DNA of 64,000 nucleotides from Candidatus Eiseniibacteriota bacterium (GTDB taxonomy: Bacteria > Eisenbacteria > RBG-16-71-46 > CAIMUX01 > VGJL01). Below the pieces are notes generated by a model that was given only the letters and a program-made list of their open reading frames with translations, did not search any database and was not told where the DNA came from. This document shows positions 60,171-64,000 of this stretch, one piece after another. Position numbers and translations under genes: made by a program. Location: contig CAWBWI010000001.1 of assembly GCA_963792585.1 (NCBI GenBank), positions 512,001 through 576,000 on the forward strand, in the 5' to 3' direction. Every line of letters begins with the position of its first letter. The first letter of the stretch is position 1.

Positions 60171-61997
60171 CTATGCCGCAGCCCGGTACGTGTCGCGCTC
60201 GAAGAAGTGACGAACGCTGCGCTGGCGCGCGACGCGGCGCGCGACGACGAGGGAGGTGCACGCGGACATCACGACGAGCAGCGCGCCGAGACCGCGCAGA
60301 AGCAGCTCGATCCACGCTCCGTCCGGCGAAGGGGCGTACGGCCACGCGGCCCGGGTGAGGAGCACCAATCCGAGGAGGAAGCACCAGGCGAGCAGGGCGC
60401 CCGTCAAAGGCCGCCCGCGCGCAATCAGGCCGAGCCCCGGCGCCGCGTACGTGCCCCACCACCGCGCCCGCTCCACGGGCTGCGTTTCCTCTCCCAGAAG
60501 ACGGCGGAGCATGATCCGGTCGACGTCGCGCTGCTCGAATCCGCCGAGAATGATCGCGCATGGCGGGCAGTAGGCGTGGCCGATCCCGCGCGTGACGCAG
60601 CGGCGGCAGATCGGCGCGCCGCAATGGTGGCAGTCGTGGACCCGCAGGCGTCTGCGCAGGAATGCGCCGACCAGGGCACCCAGGGCGACGGCCAGGATCA
60701 AGGTCGGTCCGGCCGCCGACGGGCGTCCTCCCGGCACGAGCCAGCTGACGATCGGCGGGATCGGCGCGGGGGCACCGCTTGCCGCCCGTTCGATCTCCCA
60801 GAGTTCCGCGGAGGTCAGGAGTCCATCCATGACGTCGAAGGTGGCGCTTGGATCGCCGGTTCTCGAGGCGGCGCGGACGCGCGCGAGATCCAGACGCGAC
60901 GCCTCATCGAGCCGCTCGTCCGCTTCGCGGAACCGGTGCAGGCGCGAGAGGGCGATCGCCAGGTTGTAGCGCGCCTCGAGCCGCGCGCTCGGCGCATCGA
61001 GCACGGACTCGTATTGCTGCGCCGCGCCGGCCGCGTCGTCCTGCCAGAGTCTGAGGTTGCCGAGATTGACCCCCGCGTGGGCGAAGACGAGGCTCGAGTC
61101 GACCGATGCGGCGCGGAACAGCTCGGCCGCCGCGTGCAGGTCTCCTTTGCGCCGATCGAGCATGCCCACCATGAAGGATGACTCGGGACCGGGGCGCGCC
61201 TGCGCGACGCGGCGCACGAGCGACTCGATCTCCGGTGTCGGCACCTCGCGCTGGACACGATCGATCAGCCATGCGGTCTCCGCCGGTTCGATCGGTCGCA
61301 CGGAAGGCTCGATCCAGGTCCAGAGGCTCGGCATGGCGAAGAACCAGAGGAGTGCCATGACGCCGAGCGCACGCTCGCGACGTCCCAGATCGTGGTGGAC
61401 CAGGGATGCGTAGATACAGGCCGAAGCCGCCAGTCCCCACTGCAACATCAGGGGCAGCGCGCAGAGCGCGACGGCCGCCCATCCCGAGCGCCGCGGACTG
61501 AGATGAGGGCGGAACTCCTCCTCGAGACGGTGGGCGTAGCGGCTGATCCGCCGCAGCCCCAGGCCGAATAGGAGGATGACCGCCGCAAGGCTCGTCGCGG
61601 CCCACAGGGGGGGGAGGAGCGCGGTGAGCAAACGGCGTTGGGCCTCCCAGCTTCGCGTCACGGCGGCAGCCGCCCCGTGAAGTCCCTGGGAGACCGCGTC
61701 CGCGTCAGGAAAACCGAGCTTGGCGATGATGAACCAGCCCTCGACGAGGTCGGGATCGAGATTGACCGCCAGCTGAGCATTGGTGAGGGCCGCGGCCCTG
61801 GCGTCCGGTCCCGAGGCGGACCGGGCGAGGAGCAGGTGATGCCACGCTGCGGCGGGGTGCGCCAGGGCGCCCGCCCGCGCCCGCTCCTGAGACGCCTTTT
61901 CGACGTCCGGAGCCGCGCGGACGACCCCCTGTACGCTGCCGAGGGCGATCAGCAGGCAGATCACGATCCGCCCGAACTGACACGGGCGCAATGGCAT
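60171..61997 (-). CDS. Membrane TPR protein with Cys-rich zinc-finger-like segment
   Basis: Signal peptide, TMs, TPRs (NLGNL, YNLAIAL), CHHC..CRRC..CPPC, PGLG. Confidence 0.72.
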   Translation of the reverse strand: MPLRPCQFGRIVICLLIALGSVQGVVRAAPDVEKASQERARAGALAHPAAAWHHLLLARSASGPDARAAALTNAQLAVNLDPDLVEGWFIIAKLGFPDADAVSQGLHGAAAAVTRSWEAQRRLLTALLPPLWAATSLAAVILLFGLGLRRISRYAHRLEEEFRPHLSPRRSGWAAVALCALPLMLQWGLAASACIYASLVHHDLGRRERALGVMALLWFFAMPSLWTWIEPSVRPIEPAETAWLIDRVQREVPTPEIESLVRRVAQARPGPESSFMVGMLDRRKGDLHAAAELFRAASVDSSLVFAHAGVNLGNLRLWQDDAAGAAQQYESVLDAPSARLEARYNLAIALSRLHRFREADERLDEASRLDLARVRAASRTGDPSATFDVMDGLLTSAELWEIERAASGAPAPIPPIVSWLVPGGRPSAAGPTLILAVALGALVGAFLRRRLRVHDCHHCGAPICRRCVTRGIGHAYCPPCAIILGGFEQRDVDRIMLRRLLGEETQPVERARWWGTYAAPGLGLIARGRPLTGALLAWCFLLGLVLLTRAAWPYAPSPDGAWIELLLRGLGALLVVMSACTSLVVARRVARQRSVRHFFERDTYRAAA

Positions 61998-62022
61998 CCC
62001 GGATCGCTCTTCGGCTTTTCCG

Positions 62023-62052
62023 TTGACACCCCATTCCGGGCGCCCGTAGCTT
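62023..62052 (+). promoter_or_regulatory. Sigma70-type promoter for asnS
   Basis: TTGACA (62023-62028), 18 bp spacer, TAGCTT (62047-62052). Confidence 0.55.
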
Positions 62053-62137
62053 TGAAAGCTCACGATGGATTTCCCCTTTCCCCTCTATCGGTAAATTGAG
62101 CCGGGACTTGAGGGATCAGGGGGGTGGAGGCAACAAG

Positions 62138-63432
62138 GTGCACGGGCCTCGGATCGCAGAAATTGGTGGTTTCGTCGGTCAGTCGGTCGCTCTCCGCGGC
62201 TGGGTCACCCACGTTCGTTCCTCCGGGAAACTCGTCTTCCTGAATCTTCGCGATGGATCCGGCACGATCCAGGCCGTCATCTCGAAGGCCGACGTCCCGC
62301 CCGAGGACTTCGAGCGAGCGCGCGAATTGCAGGTCGAGGCGAGCGTGGAGGTCAACGGCATCGTGCGTGAAGATCCGCGATCGCCGAGCGGCTTCGAGCT
62401 GACCGCCTCCGCCGTGTCATTGATCGGCCCTTCGGTCGAATACCCGATCACACCGAAGGAGCACGGCACCCCCTTCCTGCTCGACCGCCGTCACCTGTGG
62501 CTCCGCTCGAGCCGGACGCATGCAATCCTCTCGATCCGCAACGAGTTCCTGAAGGCCTGCCGGGACTTCTTCTACGATCACGGGTTCACCCTCATCGATG
62601 CGCCGATCTTCACGCCCTCCGCCTGCGAAGGAACGACGACGCTCTTCGAGACCCCCTACTTCGACGAGAAGGCTTACCTGACGCAATCGGGCCAGCTCTA
62701 CATGGAGGCCGCAGCGATGGCCTTCGGCAAGGTCTACTGCCTGGGCCCCACCTTCCGCGCCGAGAAGTCGAAGACCCGCCGGCACCTCACCGAGTTCTGG
62801 ATGCTGGAGCCGGAGATGGCCTTCGCAGATCTCGACGACGTGATGGACGTCGAGGAGGAAATGGTCGAATACCTCGTCGGCCGCGTTCTCGAACGCTGTC
62901 GCGAGCACCTGATCCGTCTCGAGCGAAACCTGGCGCCCCTCGAAGCGGTGCGCCGGCCGTTCCCGCGCATCCACTATGACGAGGCCGTCGCAATGCTTCG
63001 CGCCTCGGGCGCGACGTTCGAATGGGGCGGCGACTTCGGCGCGCCGGACGAGACGCTGATCGCGGGCCGGTTCGATCGGCCGTTCTTCGTCCACCGGTTC
63101 CCGGCGGCGATCAAGGCCTTCTACATGAAGACCCGACCCCATCGACGCGAGGCTCAGCCTCTCGGTCGACCTCCTCGCTCCGGAAGGGTACGGAGAGATC
63201 ATCGGCGGCGGGGCAGAGGGAGGATTCCCTGGAGGTGCTCGAGGGCAAGATCGCCGAGCACGGCCTGCCCAAGGAGTTCTACGAGTGGTACCTCGACCTT
63301 CGGCGTTACGGAAGCGTGCCCCACGCCGGTTTCGGGATGGGGATCGAGCGGACCCTGACGTGGATCTGCGGGCTGGACCACCTTCGGGAGACCATTCCGT
63401 TCCCCCGGATGCTCTACCGGCTCTACCCCTAG
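62138..63432 (+). CDS. asnS: Asparagine--tRNA ligase (frameshifts near 63135 and 63210)
   Basis: [70 protein letters not shown]. Confidence 0.95.
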
Positions 63433-63568
63433 ACCCCCGGGCCCTCCGGATGCGCCACCGCATCTTGCGGCGAGAGATTGCCGGAATTGAGTAGCCTTCC
63501 TGGGGAAACCAAGGCCTGCCGCCGCGCGTAAGAGGGCCGGCGTCCTTTCGCGACGGCAAGGAGGAGAC

Positions 63569-64000
63569 ATGACCAAGTTCGCTGATTCCGGGAGACGTTG
63601 GGCGATTCGTGCCGGAGGGGTCATCGCGTGCGCGCTGGCGCTCCTCCCGGGGGGCGCCCCAGCGATGGCGGCGGAGCCGCTTTCGCTCGATCAATGCATC
63701 GACGTCGCGCTGAAGAACAATCCCGGGCTGGCGCAGGCGGGGTGGCAGCTCAAGGGAAGCGAAGCGAACCGGTTGGCGAACATGCAGGCCTTCCTGCCGA
63801 CGCTCGGGTTCCAGATTGCACGGACAAAGAACACGAGCGCCTTCTCCCAGCCGACGATCGATCCCAACACGGGCCAGATCGTCGCGGGAAACGAGAAGGT
63901 GACGGACAAGTACTGGACCGACCAGCTGTCGTTGAGCCAGAACTTGGTGCATCCGCCCGATTGGTACTCGTATGCGGCAAGCAACGCCGACGTCGCCGCA
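63569..64000 (+). CDS. TolC-family outer membrane protein, 3'-truncated by window edge
   Basis: AGGAGG SD, signal peptide, LSLDQCIDVALKNNP, FLPTL, LSLSQNL; frame open to the window end (absent from the ORF track). Confidence 0.85.
   Translation, partial: MTKFADSGRRWAIRAGGVIACALALLPGGAPAMAAEPLSLDQCIDVALKNNPGLAQAGWQLKGSEANRLANMQAFLPTLGFQIARTKNTSAFSQPTIDPNTGQIVAGNEKVTDKYWTDQLSLSQNLVHPPDWYSYAASNADVAA

Noticed and set aside
62053..62137. T-box riboswitch upstream of asnS
   Set aside because: The leader is only about 80 nt and lacks the T-box consensus; only a C-rich/G-rich hairpin is present.

Overview
High-GC bacterial chromosome segment, mostly housekeeping genes on the + strand. Gene content (GWxTD protein, peptidase-propeller-Omp85 fusion, (S/T)WGxx(K/R)ALYR-tailed secreted proteins, bacillithiol genes, LPS heptose genes) suggests a diderm of the Eisenbacteria/Latescibacterota-like group; this is inference only. 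In order: methyltransferase-bshC-bshA; pgeF; histidine kinase; M23 peptidase; prenyl synthase-rsfS-PfkB kinase-hypothetical-purM-DAHP synthase; tRNA-Val; L20 leader-infC (ATC start)-rpmI-rplT-zapB-like-zapA-6S RNA-rny-ymdB-folD-xseAB-ispA-nadK-recN-trpEGDCFB (no trpA); an accessory block of mostly secreted/surface proteins (29.6-40.6 kb), including three paralogous 6-Cys proteins with a shared C-terminal tail and a tetraheme lipoprotein; argR-argG-X-argC-argD-argF'-argB-argE-argH; tRNA-Arg; a GGDEF protein; the Omp85 fusion; waaF-gmhB; a DUF4388/TPR pair; asnS; and the start of a TolC-family gene. The best candidate for an undescribed system is the arg operon. It has no argA/argJ, but carries a translationally coupled DUF1611/DgcN-like gene (X) and an ArgF' whose specificity residue predicts N-succinyl intermediates. 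X is therefore a candidate non-orthologous N-acyl(succinyl)glutamate synthase. Many genes in 1-23 kb and at about 63 kb, including essential ones, have frameshifts, most likely sequencing indels.
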